Source of the DNA: Shigella phage SHFML-26
Strand: one strand, 5' to 3'
DNA length: 64,000 nucleotides
Sequence record: KX130862
Position numbers and translations under genes: made by a program. How positions within the stretch are numbered: position 1 is the first letter of the stretch; each line of letters begins with the position of its first letter. Below the pieces are notes generated by a model. It saw nothing but the letters and a program-made list of their open reading frames with translations, was not told the origin of the DNA and did no database searches. Positions 18,851 to 27,583 of the stretch are shown here, one piece after another.

Positions 18851-19741
18851 TTAAGATTTAAGTAAATCGACAATTTTAATTAACTTTTCACGCTCAGATT
18901 TAGCTTTACTACTCAGTCCAGATAGTCTGAAAATTTCATCATCATATTGTTGAATAGAAATATTTAGCTCTTCAATCTGCTTATTAAAATAAGCAATTTG
19001 TTCAGAATGTTTTTCATTACTACGAACTGGTACAGGTTTTGTAGGCAATTTAGTTGAACTGGATTCATCTGGGCGATAAATTAAAATACAACTTGAACCA
19101 ATCGGACATTTAGCACCAGACACATATTCTAATGTTCCGGCTTCTTTTAAAACTTCAAAAGCTAAACAGAGATGATGCCCCATATTAACATAATCAGTAG
19201 AGCGAGCTCTGATGTAATAATCATCTCCGCGAATACTAAATTTAAAGCATTTAAGGTCTTCTGTATTATTGGTCTTAAAAATCATTTGTTTATCTAGACC
19301 TTTAGCTAATCGAGCGCCTAATGCTAATAATCGTCGTTGATTTTCCCACAAATCCGCAATCATTTGATCGAATGACAATTTCGGCATTAGTCTACCATAA
19401 AGGTCATATCCTTTATTATAATTGCGAAGAATTTCACTCGCGTTAATACGAGACAACGCTCCAATTTTATTAAGGGCTTTCATGATGCGATTAGATAAAC
19501 TCATTCCAGACCCGTTTGTTCGCTGTAAATGTTTTTCTAATCCAAATCCAATATCAACTTTAAATTTATCTAAAATTTTGGCATGAACATCTCTGTCAAT
19601 AACATTCAAATCCAAAGTTGGGTTAAATCTATGAAAAAATTTATCTGGCTCTCCACGACGAAGTACAGTCCATTCATTCATCATTTTTTTATTAACTAAA
19701 GATTTAATTACTGCATTGACATTATTAATTACTACTGACAT
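18851..19741 (-). CDS. hypothetical protein with C-terminal coiled-coil
   Basis: Track ORF 18851..19756 starts at TTG; the ATG at MSVVINNV is the likely start. Confidence 0.6.
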   Translation of the reverse strand: MSVVINNVNAVIKSLVNKKMMNEWTVLRRGEPDKFFHRFNPTLDLNVIDRDVHAKILDKFKVDIGFGLEKHLQRTNGSGMSLSNRIMKALNKIGALSRINASEILRNYNKGYDLYGRLMPKLSFDQMIADLWENQRRLLALGARLAKGLDKQMIFKTNNTEDLKCFKFSIRGDDYYIRARSTDYVNMGHHLCLAFEVLKEAGTLEYVSGAKCPIGSSCILIYRPDESSSTKLPTKPVPVRSNEKHSEQIAYFNKQIEELNISIQQYDDEIFRLSGLSSKAKSEREKLIKIVDLLKS

Positions 19742-19752
19742 ATTTTCCTCAC

Positions 19753-20157
19753 TCAATTTTCAATTTTACTAAATACACAGAATATGATGGAAAAGACTAT
19801 ATAAGCACCGCACACAGATTGAACTAATACCATTCCAAAGAACCAAATAATATTATCAAACAGTGTCTGTTTTACGTCGAAAGGACGTAAACTTACAGTA
19901 ATATTATCACCTTTTTCTATTGAAGAATACATCTCTGGGGAAATATATTCACTAAATCTATAACCGTCTTTGAGTTCATATACAGCAATAAACGATAAAC
20001 TAGACCCCTTTCCTTGAGTTCCTGTAAGGGTATTAACTACAGTAACATCATAATCTTTATAATGCATATAATCATTAATTGCGTAATAACCATATGCAAC
20101 TACTACACATAAACAACATATCAATAAATTCAATCTTTTAATTATCAACTGTTTCAT
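19753..20157 (-). CDS. membrane protein
   Basis: 134 aa with N-terminal and C-terminal transmembrane helices. Confidence 0.55.
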   Translation of the reverse strand: MKQLIIKRLNLLICCLCVVVAYGYYAINDYMHYKDYDVTVVNTLTGTQGKGSSLSFIAVYELKDGYRFSEYISPEMYSSIEKGDNITVSLRPFDVKQTLFDNIIWFFGMVLVQSVCGAYIVFSIIFCVFSKIEN

Positions 20158-20212
20158 AATAATCTCAATTAAAAGGGCTTAGAACCATTATACCATCCTT
20201 GGTATAAAGCGG

Positions 20213-20740
20213 TTATGCGAGTACCGTCTTTAACCGTTCTTCAAACTTCCGAAGAGTATTCTGGCGTTCAGCTCTTTGCTTTTTGTAAGTTTCAATACGC
20301 TCTGAAATGAGAGTGTATCGTTCATTTACTGATTCTTTCATAAAATCAGGAATTTCACGAGAAGCTTTAATCTCATCAAATTTATCAATAACAGCTTGCT
20401 CTTCAGCAATTAAGTTATCATACATCAAAATATCTTTCTTGATGAACTCAATATCTTCTTGAGTTACACGAGATAATTTAGATGCTTTATCCTTTTTGTA
20501 TTGTTCGTTAGTATCACGAGACCAGTGTAATGTACGATTTTTATTCGTATTCTTGTAAATTTCTACAATACCAATCTCATCAATAATAACGATCCAATTC
20601 CAACGGGATTTGTAAATTTGTCCTCCATCAACTGTAATTTCACCTCCGATTGAGATGTCATTAAAGAACTTGCTTTGTGCTTCAGATTTAAATTTACCAT
20701 CGTTGTAATTTACCAGGTTGAAAATATCTTTAGCGTTCAT
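20213..20740 (-). CDS. hypothetical protein
   Basis: Track ORF 20213..20800 runs into the conserved promoter leader (TIQLSTTEE); true start is the ATG at MNAKDIFNL after a GGAGGA SD. Confidence 0.55.
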   Translation of the reverse strand: MNAKDIFNLVNYNDGKFKSEAQSKFFNDISIGGEITVDGGQIYKSRWNWIVIIDEIGIVEIYKNTNKNRTLHWSRDTNEQYKKDKASKLSRVTQEDIEFIKKDILMYDNLIAEEQAVIDKFDEIKASREIPDFMKESVNERYTLISERIETYKKQRAERQNTLRKFEERLKTVLA

Positions 20741-20768
20741 TTTGTGTTCCTCCGTAGTTGATAGTTGT

Positions 20769-20798
20769 ATAGTACCACAGAGGAACGGTCTTGTAAAC
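20769..20798 (-). promoter_or_regulatory. T4-type early promoter with conserved leader
   Basis: GTTTAC, 18 nt, TACTAT, then conserved leader ACAACTATCAACTA and GGAGGA SD before the ATG near 20740. Confidence 0.55.
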
Positions 20799-20800
20799 AA

Positions 20801-21115
20801 CTAAAAGAAACTTCTTTCACAATTTTTTCCACTGAACCAAGCGCTCACTGCTTTCTTAGTCTCAGGAGCGGTGTTATCCATAAACCATTCAAAGGCAGCC
20901 TTTTTATGATTCTGGAGGGCTTCTCGGGCTTTAATCTGCTCACGGTCTATTAACACTAACATATGAGCCTTTCTTGTCACCATGGGCTTCTTATGATTTT
21001 TTGAATACTCCCAATCATTTGTCCATCGCATTGTCGTTGCGAACTGAAATACTGCTTCTTTAATTTTAGTTTCGTAAATTTCACGAGCCTTTGAGTATAA
21101 CATCATTACCTCCAT
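20801..21115 (-). CDS. hypothetical protein
   Basis: 104-aa ORF. Confidence 0.5.
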   Translation of the reverse strand: MEVMMLYSKAREIYETKIKEAVFQFATTMRWTNDWEYSKNHKKPMVTRKAHMLVLIDREQIKAREALQNHKKAAFEWFMDNTAPETKKAVSAWFSGKNCERSFF

Positions 21116-21205
21116 TTACCAGTTTAATTCTAGTCATCTTTTTAATGGCAGTCCATATAATCTATTTCTGAACTGCCTTTTTGTCTTAGAAGTCCTCTTA
21201 TGAAT

Positions 21206-22174
21206 TTATTTCAGAAGAGTAACCTCAGCGATTTCTTCCCAACCGTTTTTGTCGGTCATAATAAAGTCAGCAAGATAAAGAGCAGTACGCAGTGAAACAT
21301 TACGTAAACGGTTAACATTGACTTTCATCCATGATAATGCTTTATAAGTTTCTTCATCAGAAAGACCGCGCTTTTGCATCATGTCGGTTGAAAGAATAAC
21401 ATCTTCAACCCTGACCATAATTTCTTCATTAGTGTGAACACCCAAATCTAAATAAACTGAGCGGGACACTAATGCTTGTAAATGTGGAGCAAGTTTAGTA
21501 CCACGGTCTAATTCGCGGTCAATATCAACGTTTGTGATAAAAACAATTGTTCCTTTAAATTCAAACTCACGGTCAATGCCTTTTTCTTCTAAGTAAGAAG
21601 ATGCAGTGCTCCAGCAGACTTTACGGGTCTCTCCAGTGTCCAGAGCAGCTTTCAGAAGATTAAGAATGTCCATATCAGAGAAAACATCCACATCATCAAT
21701 CAAAAGGACAGAATTCTCTTCACGATTATTCCAAAGCTGCTCATAAAGACCAATACCAGAGATTTTACCATTAATGCTTTTATATTCAATGTATCCAATA
21801 TCATTTGCTTTATTCAAAGCTTTATCTAAAGAATACGTTTTACCAATACCCGCCGCACCAGAGATAATTAATGAACGAATGTTTCCGTTAATAATACCAT
21901 TCGTCATCATTCCCATAACATTAAATCTTTTATTAATGCGGGTTTTCATATCTTCATACGATTCTTTAACTTCTTCAACTTTTACACCATCATATGAAAT
22001 GTCTGATTTGTAAACCCAAACACCGCGACGCTTACCGTCAATTTCAACAAAAACTTTACCATCTCCTTGTGCATCTACCGGAGCATTATCTGGGAACCAT
22101 TCGCCTAAGAGCTCAAAAGTTCCAGAGATTTCTTTACCGAAGTAGATACCCTTATTGATAGTTACAGTTTTCAT
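21206..22174 (-). CDS. P-loop NTPase (AAA-like ATPase)
   Basis: Walker A GAAGIGKT and Walker B VLLIDDVD; own early promoter upstream; track ORF 21206..22186 begins at TTG, ATG at MKTVTINKG preferred. Confidence 0.7.
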   Translation of the reverse strand: MKTVTINKGIYFGKEISGTFELLGEWFPDNAPVDAQGDGKVFVEIDGKRRGVWVYKSDISYDGVKVEEVKESYEDMKTRINKRFNVMGMMTNGIINGNIRSLIISGAAGIGKTYSLDKALNKANDIGYIEYKSINGKISGIGLYEQLWNNREENSVLLIDDVDVFSDMDILNLLKAALDTGETRKVCWSTASSYLEEKGIDREFEFKGTIVFITNVDIDRELDRGTKLAPHLQALVSRSVYLDLGVHTNEEIMVRVEDVILSTDMMQKRGLSDEETYKALSWMKVNVNRLRNVSLRTALYLADFIMTDKNGWEEIAEVTLLK

Positions 22175-22208
22175 TTTATTCTCCAAATCCGTATTAGTTG
22201 ATAGTTGT

Positions 22209-22238
22209 ATAGTACCATAAAGCTTTATGCTTGTAAAC
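22209..22238 (-). promoter_or_regulatory. T4-type early promoter with conserved leader
   Basis: Same module upstream of the ATPase gene (start 22174). Confidence 0.55.
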
Positions 22239-22261
22239 CGTTTTGTGAAAAATTTTTGAAA

Positions 22262-22288
22262 TAAAAAAGGGAGCCCGAAGGCTCCCTA
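22262..22288 (-). terminator. intrinsic terminator (UUCG-loop hairpin plus U-tract) after the nucleotidyltransferase-like gene
   Basis: Minus strand AGGGAGCCUUCGGGCUCCCU followed by UUUUUUAUUU. Confidence 0.65.
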
Positions 22289-23302
22289 TCATTTATAATA
22301 ACTTCGGTGGTTTTCAAGATAGACCTTCTCAAGGAAGTCATCCCAGAAACCCATGTCTACTTTTTGCTGCATACCGTTCTTAGAAGCTTCAGTAGATGCT
22401 GCTTCTACTTGATCGACCACATCTTCCAAAAACTCTTGAACCGTTTTAAATGGATGTTTACCCAACTTCACGTCGAGAATAAATGGAGCGTCTTGAAGTG
22501 GATAAATCAAGTCGCCAGTTTTGTAAATTTCCAATAGTTGGAGTCCACCACGACAAGCATGGCTCAGAGCTTTCCAGTCAATACCTTCATTGGCTTCAGC
22601 CTTACGAGCGCGTTCACCATATTCAGCATCTAATTTGTTCAGTGACTGCTTAAGCTCAATAAGAGAAAGAGTTGTCTGATATTTACGACCCAACACTGTG
22701 TAAAACGTCTGTGGGCCTGTTTTCTCATGATTATGGAACACCCATTCACAGAATTCGTTTTCTGGAAGACGATGCTTAATATCTTCAACTTTAGTGCGAC
22801 GCTGCTTAATAGAACCATCTTCTTGATAATCAATCCATTGCTCAGGGATTTGATTAACTACTTTCAATACATCACGTAATGCAGCCAAACGAGAACCCTT
22901 GACACCGTATTTAGAAGCTTGCTTACGGACATATCCTAAATAGGATTTCATGTTAGTCGTATAAAAACGAGAACGGTTGTCTTGAATAAACTTCCATACA
23001 TCAGGCAAATCGGATTTAACCACTAGTTCAGGTGGAGTGTGAAGCATATCCAACGCTACAGTTTCACCATCTGCTGCTAATTTAAAGAAATACTTAAGAC
23101 TGTATAGTTCATGGTCAATATCATCTTTAGTGTTTTTAGATGATGTGTTGTTAGTGTTTTTACTCATATGCTCTTTAACATTTCCGATAAGAATATCGCG
23201 AGCAGGAGGAACAAAGATTTCTTTAAAATCTACATCAGATTCTGGGGTAGAAGTTCCATAAAGATGACTACCAAAATAGCTTTTCATTACTGTTTTCATC
23301 AT
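22289..23302 (-). CDS. nucleotidyltransferase-fold protein (Pol-beta superfamily-like)
   Basis: 337 aa; N-terminal GS-x10-DxD motif (GSHLYGTSTPESDVDF) with a further acidic cluster (KDDIDHE) about 35 residues later; followed by an intrinsic terminator. Confidence 0.6.
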   Translation of the reverse strand: MMKTVMKSYFGSHLYGTSTPESDVDFKEIFVPPARDILIGNVKEHMSKNTNNTSSKNTKDDIDHELYSLKYFFKLAADGETVALDMLHTPPELVVKSDLPDVWKFIQDNRSRFYTTNMKSYLGYVRKQASKYGVKGSRLAALRDVLKVVNQIPEQWIDYQEDGSIKQRRTKVEDIKHRLPENEFCEWVFHNHEKTGPQTFYTVLGRKYQTTLSLIELKQSLNKLDAEYGERARKAEANEGIDWKALSHACRGGLQLLEIYKTGDLIYPLQDAPFILDVKLGKHPFKTVQEFLEDVVDQVEAASTEASKNGMQQKVDMGFWDDFLEKVYLENHRSYYK

Positions 23303-23760
23303 TCAGCCTTATATTCAATAACAGGACATACTTTAGCTTTACGAGCTTTTAAAAATTCAACGATAATCGATTTCTTGGGTTGAATAGGAGGTAAACCTTT
23401 ATACGCCCTATCAATATTTTCTACGTGTAAAGCATAATCCTTTTTCCATTTATAATCTTTATATTTTTCACGCAAATGTGCAGGAATAACAAATGAACCG
23501 ATAATAAGTAAAACAACCAAAAGCGCAAGTATAAATGCCGATGGAAGAAGAGTCCATAAACTACCGAAAATAAGCCAACGTTGTAGGCTTTCTGCACAAA
23601 TAATTGTTAGCCCTACGAGTATAGCACATCCAAAAATAGAAACGAAAAATGTAGGAATGGCAATAGACCAAAAATATGCGCATAGTGTCTTAGGTCGTTG
23701 CCATTCATCGTTAAATAGTTTAAATAATTTATAGTGCCAAGAGTTTTCATTAATAATCAT
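23299..23760 (-). CDS. integral membrane protein
   Basis: 153 aa with three predicted transmembrane helices. Confidence 0.55.
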   Translation of the reverse strand: MIINENSWHYKLFKLFNDEWQRPKTLCAYFWSIAIPTFFVSIFGCAILVGLTIICAESLQRWLIFGSLWTLLPSAFILALLVVLLIIGSFVIPAHLREKYKDYKWKKDYALHVENIDRAYKGLPPIQPKKSIIVEFLKARKAKVCPVIEYKAE

Positions 23761-23762
23761 AA

Positions 23763-24284
23763 TTATCCTTTCATTGAAGGCGTAACAGTTGTTAAATACT
23801 TAATCATAGCCTCAGCTTCTGATTTTGATAATGAAATTTCTCCATTGTTTTGACGAATAGAAATAAAATCCGGATGACGGTCACCACCAGCTTTTAAAAC
23901 ACACATATAAGTATCAGTTTCATCTTCAATATTTGAAATGATTGAAGCAGTTCCACATGAATGCGGTTTTTGATAAATCAATACAGCTTTTCTTCCGCCA
24001 TTTGACTGTTCATAAACTTTTAATACATCAAACAAATCACTTCTTTTATCAATAGCTAAAATGTTATTTTCATCTTCAATGTTAAATCCTTCGGATACTT
24101 CATAAAGTGTCACCCATAAATCGCCAATATCAATAACAGCGTTCACTTTTCCATGACTTTCAAGAGCATGACAAATTTTCTTGATTTCGTCATAACTCAT
24201 TTTAATAATATCATCTCCTTGAATAAGAAAGATGTCATTTTTAAATTCAACACGAATTAAACCACTTCCACTTGAAATAAACAT
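23763..24284 (-). CDS. hypothetical protein (tandem paralog A)
   Basis: 173 aa; C-terminus SKSEAEAMIKYLTTVTPSMKG resembles that of the adjacent gene. Confidence 0.55.
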   Translation of the reverse strand: MFISSGSGLIRVEFKNDIFLIQGDDIIKMSYDEIKKICHALESHGKVNAVIDIGDLWVTLYEVSEGFNIEDENNILAIDKRSDLFDVLKVYEQSNGGRKAVLIYQKPHSCGTASIISNIEDETDTYMCVLKAGGDRHPDFISIRQNNGEISLSKSEAEAMIKYLTTVTPSMKG

Positions 24285-24290
24285 ATTTCC

Positions 24291-24848
24291 TCACTTTGAA
24301 ATCATAGTTGGAATGACAGAATCAAGATAAGTCTTTAGTGCAATAGCTTCGTCTTTGGTAAATGTGACAATATGTGATCGAAAATCGTCGATTTGGCGAA
24401 TAGTTAAGACATCTCCCTCTTCATAACATTTTGATACATTTAAAAGAGTTTCATCATTCTGATTGCAAGCGTTAGTAATAATAGCATTGCAATTTTTGAG
24501 CCATTTTAAACTATGTTTTCTTTCATTAGAATAATAAAAATATTTAATCTTAGCTATAAAACTATCCCAATGGATAACTGATAAACACATTGACTCACTT
24601 TTAATATTAAATCCTGGGCATGAAGAATAAAAATGAATTTTGTGCTCATCATTGATACTTACTATTTTATCAGTATAAGGATATTCAATTTGGGTTAAAT
24701 GAATGATTTCACTAGGCGTAAAATATAGCATATCGTCTTCTTGCGTCAAACGATACATGTTATTTACTTTTTCTATAGCCAATTCACCAAAAAGCGGACT
24801 AACTTCTAATACTAATCGTTTCATATTGATTCTCTTCGACTCACTCAC
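24291..24848 (-). CDS. hypothetical protein (tandem paralog B)
   Basis: 185 aa; C-terminus TKDEAIALKTYLDSVIPTMISK; early-type promoter upstream. Confidence 0.55.
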   Translation of the reverse strand: MSESKRINMKRLVLEVSPLFGELAIEKVNNMYRLTQEDDMLYFTPSEIIHLTQIEYPYTDKIVSINDEHKIHFYSSCPGFNIKSESMCLSVIHWDSFIAKIKYFYYSNERKHSLKWLKNCNAIITNACNQNDETLLNVSKCYEEGDVLTIRQIDDFRSHIVTFTKDEAIALKTYLDSVIPTMISK

Positions 24849-24983
24849 AATTACATACTCCTTTGAATAATATCAATAATGTTGTTCATCAGATTATAAG
24901 TAAACATTGGGTAATTATATTGAATCATTACATACACAACAAACAAAACTTTCATTCTCTTCTCCTTGACAGTTGACAAGATT

Positions 24984-25013
24984 ACTATACCATAACCTTG
25001 CCAACTTGTAAAC
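24984..25013 (-). promoter_or_regulatory. T4-type early promoter
   Basis: GTTTAC, spacer, TATAGT upstream of the 24291..24848 gene. Confidence 0.45.
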
Positions 25014-25015
25014 CG

Positions 25016-25189
25016 TTAAATGTTGTTTTCAATAAAATTCTGAAGCTTTGTGTGAGCATCAACCATGATTTTCATTTCTTCCTTTGCGAAAGCTGTACCT
25101 CTTTCCCGAGCAGAATACTCATAGTCAGAAACTGCATTAGCATATTCTTCAATTAGCTTCATTAAAAACATCTGCTTTTCAGTTTTCAT
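25016..25189 (-). CDS. small ORF (57 aa) beginning MKTEKQ
   Basis: ATG-initiated minus ORF whose ribosome-binding site and first six codons repeat those of the gene at 25376..25576; below the track cutoff. Confidence 0.3.
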   Translation of the reverse strand: MKTEKQMFLMKLIEEYANAVSDYEYSARERGTAFAKEEMKIMVDAHTKLQNFIENNI

Positions 25190-25373
25190 TATTCCACCTA
25201 ATCATTTCAAGATATTGGACTAACTTAGCTTTAGATTTATCCAAATCCCTTTTAGCTGATTCTATACCATCGTATGAATATCCTTCACAATGCTCAACTG
25301 CTAATTGATATGAATCTATTTCAACATCACGTGCTAATTTAATGATTTTTTCAAACTGTTCGTGCGTTAGCAT
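25179..25373 (-). CDS. hypothetical protein
   Basis: 64-aa ORF. Confidence 0.4.
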   Translation of the reverse strand: MLTHEQFEKIIKLARDVEIDSYQLAVEHCEGYSYDGIESAKRDLDKSKAKLVQYLEMIRWNNEN

Positions 25374-25375
25374 AC

Positions 25376-25576
25376 TTAAACTCTCGTATTATGATCGATA
25401 ATTTCATCAAGAAACATATCTAACGCTTCTAAAGCATTATCGACTTTAGTTTCAAAGTCTTTAATGCCTTTATTCGAAATACCCGATGAATACCAAGCAA
25501 AGTCAATCAGCTCTTCATCTGCTTTACGAATTGAAGCCACTAATTCCTTAATTTTATCCGCTTGCTTTTCAGTTTT
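25376..25576 (-). CDS. small hypothetical protein beginning MKTEKQ
   Basis: Track ORF 25376..25615 trimmed to the internal ATG ([13 protein letters not shown]...). Confidence 0.45.
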   Translation of the reverse strand, partial: KTEKQADKIKELVASIRKADEELIDFAWYSSGISNKGIKDFETKVDNALEALDMFLDEIIDHNTRV

Positions 25577-25578
25577 CA

Positions 25579-25767
25579 TTATTCCACCACATATGACAGA
25601 GAGAATATTGCACACGCCATATGAGTTGCAGCTTCATCACACATATCATAACGTTTCTTAAGAAGTTCTACAAGTTCTTCACTAGTAACTTCATCCATGT
25701 CGACGAAAAAATCACCATTAATGATGACGTAGATATTTCCTTCTTGATTAAGTGCTTCAATTTTCAT
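25579..25767 (-). CDS. hypothetical acidic protein
   Basis: Track ORF 25579..25812 includes promoter-leader translation; ATG at [10 protein letters not shown] follows the conserved leader and SD. Confidence 0.45.
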   Translation of the reverse strand: MKIEALNQEGNIYVIINGDFFVDMDEVTSEELVELLKKRYDMCDEAATHMACAIFSLSYVVE

Positions 25768-25795
25768 GATGTTCTCCTCTTTATCCGATAGTTGT

Positions 25796-25825
25796 ATAGT
25801 ATCACAGTTCAAATGGAAAGTAAAC
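25796..25825 (-). promoter_or_regulatory. T4-type early promoter with conserved leader
   Basis: GTTTAC, spacer, TACTAT and leader ACAACTATCGGATAAAGAGGAGAAC before the ATG near 25767. Confidence 0.55.
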
Positions 25826-25834
25826 CGGTAAAAT

Positions 25835-25858
25835 GAAAAAAGTCTCCCGAAGGAGACT
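25835..25858 (-). terminator. intrinsic terminator (UUCG-loop hairpin plus U-tract)
   Basis: Minus strand AGUCUCCUUCGGGAGACU followed by UUUUUUC after the 25863..26249 gene. Confidence 0.6.
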
Positions 25859-25862
25859 AATG

Positions 25863-26249
25863 TTATTCGAGGGAAAGAAGATATTTACTCTGGTAAAACA
25901 TCCCAGTAATATCATCTATCGTGCTTTGAATGGCTGGAGGCATTTCTTTATAAATGCTGTTAGATTGGTCTAGTATGCGATCAATCATTTTAATTGTGTC
26001 GGTAGGAAGTTTACTGGCATCTGGAATAGAAGGCGTGTATTTTCTACCAGAATACCCCAAATATTGCTCACCAAATTTATCAATCAAATCTGGCAACTCA
26101 GAGAAAATAAAATCGTATGCTTTGTGTCTAGCATAACTTTTAGTTTCAAAATGCGCAGAATGAAAATAAGCTTGTGCAGCCATTAATAAACCTAAGTATT
26201 CATCTGCCTTTGAAGGTTTTCCACTTTGTGAAAAGTCGCTGAATTTCAT
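25863..26249 (-). CDS. hypothetical protein (position upstream of rI)
   Basis: 128-aa ORF; stop followed by a UUCG hairpin terminator. Confidence 0.55.
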   Translation of the reverse strand: MKFSDFSQSGKPSKADEYLGLLMAAQAYFHSAHFETKSYARHKAYDFIFSELPDLIDKFGEQYLGYSGRKYTPSIPDASKLPTDTIKMIDRILDQSNSIYKEMPPAIQSTIDDITGMFYQSKYLLSLE

Positions 26250-26539
26250 TCAGTCTCCAATTTAATGTTCATAATTCTAGCGTATGATTGTGCCATCTCC
26301 GCGCCTCGCTCTATACATTCAAAATCAGAAGAGCACGGGTCATTTTTATAAGTCGTTCGCATAAAACTATAGAACTGTTCAGATGATTCTACGCTTTTAT
26401 TTTCAAAAAGCATATAAACGTGTCTAATACCAGATTCCATAAATTTATCAAAATGAGGATCGACATTCGCTTCAATTGGTGGAGATAAAGCAAACGCTAA
26501 TCCTAGCATGGCAAATAGTGCCGTTGCTTTTAAGGCCAT
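26246..26539 (-). CDS. rI: lysis inhibition regulator RI
   Basis: 97 aa; N-terminal signal-anchor MALKATALFAMLGLAFALSPPIEA; length and sequence match T4 RI. Confidence 0.9.
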   Translation of the reverse strand: MALKATALFAMLGLAFALSPPIEANVDPHFDKFMESGIRHVYMLFENKSVESSEQFYSFMRTTYKNDPCSSDFECIERGAEMAQSYARIMNIKLETE

Positions 26540-26551
26540 AAAGGCCTCCTA

Positions 26552-26764
26552 TCATTTTTGTCCTGTATTTACTTTATGCCGATGCACGGCCTTAACTTTA
26601 TCAAGGTATTTTTCAAAATTTCGCAATCTAGTATAGTCTGCCGGAGATTGGTTGAGTGATACTTCTCGACGCAAAGCTGAAATGATATTTCCAACTTCCC
26701 TACGAATTTCATCTAATTGAAGAACAGTAAGATTGCGAAGTTGCTTTTCAGTTAATTGTAGCAT
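26552..26764 (-). CDS. hypothetical protein
   Basis: 70-aa ORF between rI and tk. Confidence 0.5.
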
Positions 26765-26806
26765 ATATACCCCTTTAGTTAGATAAACCTATTTATAACT
26801 TTTGCA

Positions 26807-27388
26807 CTAACCGAGCTTTTTAGTTAATTCGTTCCAATGTTTTCTACACAAAGAAACATAAATTTCATCACCAATACAGATTTGATTACCTTCTTTAACT
26901 GGTGTTCCATCTTCCATTAATCGAGCTGTCATAATAGCTTTTTTACCACAATGACAAACTGCCTTTAGTTCAATAAGTTTATCTGCAATCGCCAAAAGTT
27001 CTTTAGAACCTTCAAATAATTTTCCAGCGAAATCAGTCCTTAGCCCATAAGCCATAACAGGAACATTATATGTATCAACAATTCGACTTAATTGATGCAC
27101 CTGTTCGGTTTTTAAAAACTGAGCTTCATCTACAAATACACAATGAATATCTTTTTGTGCTTCAGCCCATTTATAGAACTCAAAAATATCCATATCATCC
27201 GTAATAATATTCGCTTCCTGCTTAATTCCAATGCGAGAAACGACTTCACAGACAGAATCACGAGTATCAATAGCAGGCTTAAGAACTAATACACCCATTC
27301 CGCGTTCTTTATAATTATGTGCAGCAGTCAAAAGAGAAGCAGATTTTCCAGCATTCATTGCTGCGTAAGTAAAAATTAAACTCGCCAT
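26807..27388 (-). CDS. tk: thymidine kinase
   Basis: 193 aa; P-loop AMNAGKS, FVDEAQF, C-terminal zinc-binding cysteines; length equals T4 Tk. Confidence 0.95.
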   Translation of the reverse strand: MASLIFTYAAMNAGKSASLLTAAHNYKERGMGVLVLKPAIDTRDSVCEVVSRIGIKQEANIITDDMDIFEFYKWAEAQKDIHCVFVDEAQFLKTEQVHQLSRIVDTYNVPVMAYGLRTDFAGKLFEGSKELLAIADKLIELKAVCHCGKKAIMTARLMEDGTPVKEGNQICIGDEIYVSLCRKHWNELTKKLG

Positions 27389-27397
27389 ATCACCTTC

Positions 27398-27583
27398 TTA
27401 AAGCGTATTCACATAAGCTATTAATTCGTTTTCTTTCTTATCAAACCGATCAGCAAATTCTTCTTGCTGATCGGGAGATAGCGGGCCGTATTCATCATAA
27501 AAGGTGTTTGCTTCTGTATGCTCATCTAGAAGTTCATGGATAAGCTCAAACAATTTATCTTTTTGTTCTTTACTCAGACTCAT
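27398..27583 (-). CDS. small acidic hypothetical protein
   Basis: 61-aa ORF. Confidence 0.5.
   Translation of the reverse strand: MSLSKEQKDKLFELIHELLDEHTEANTFYDEYGPLSPDQQEEFADRFDKKENELIAYVNTL

Noticed and set aside
20740-20800. N-terminal extensions such as MFTRPFLCGTIQLSTTEEHK in several track ORFs
   Set aside because: These are translations of the conserved promoter and leader upstream of the real ATG; the ORF finder also accepts TTG and GTG starts, so many track ORFs are over-extended at the N-terminus.
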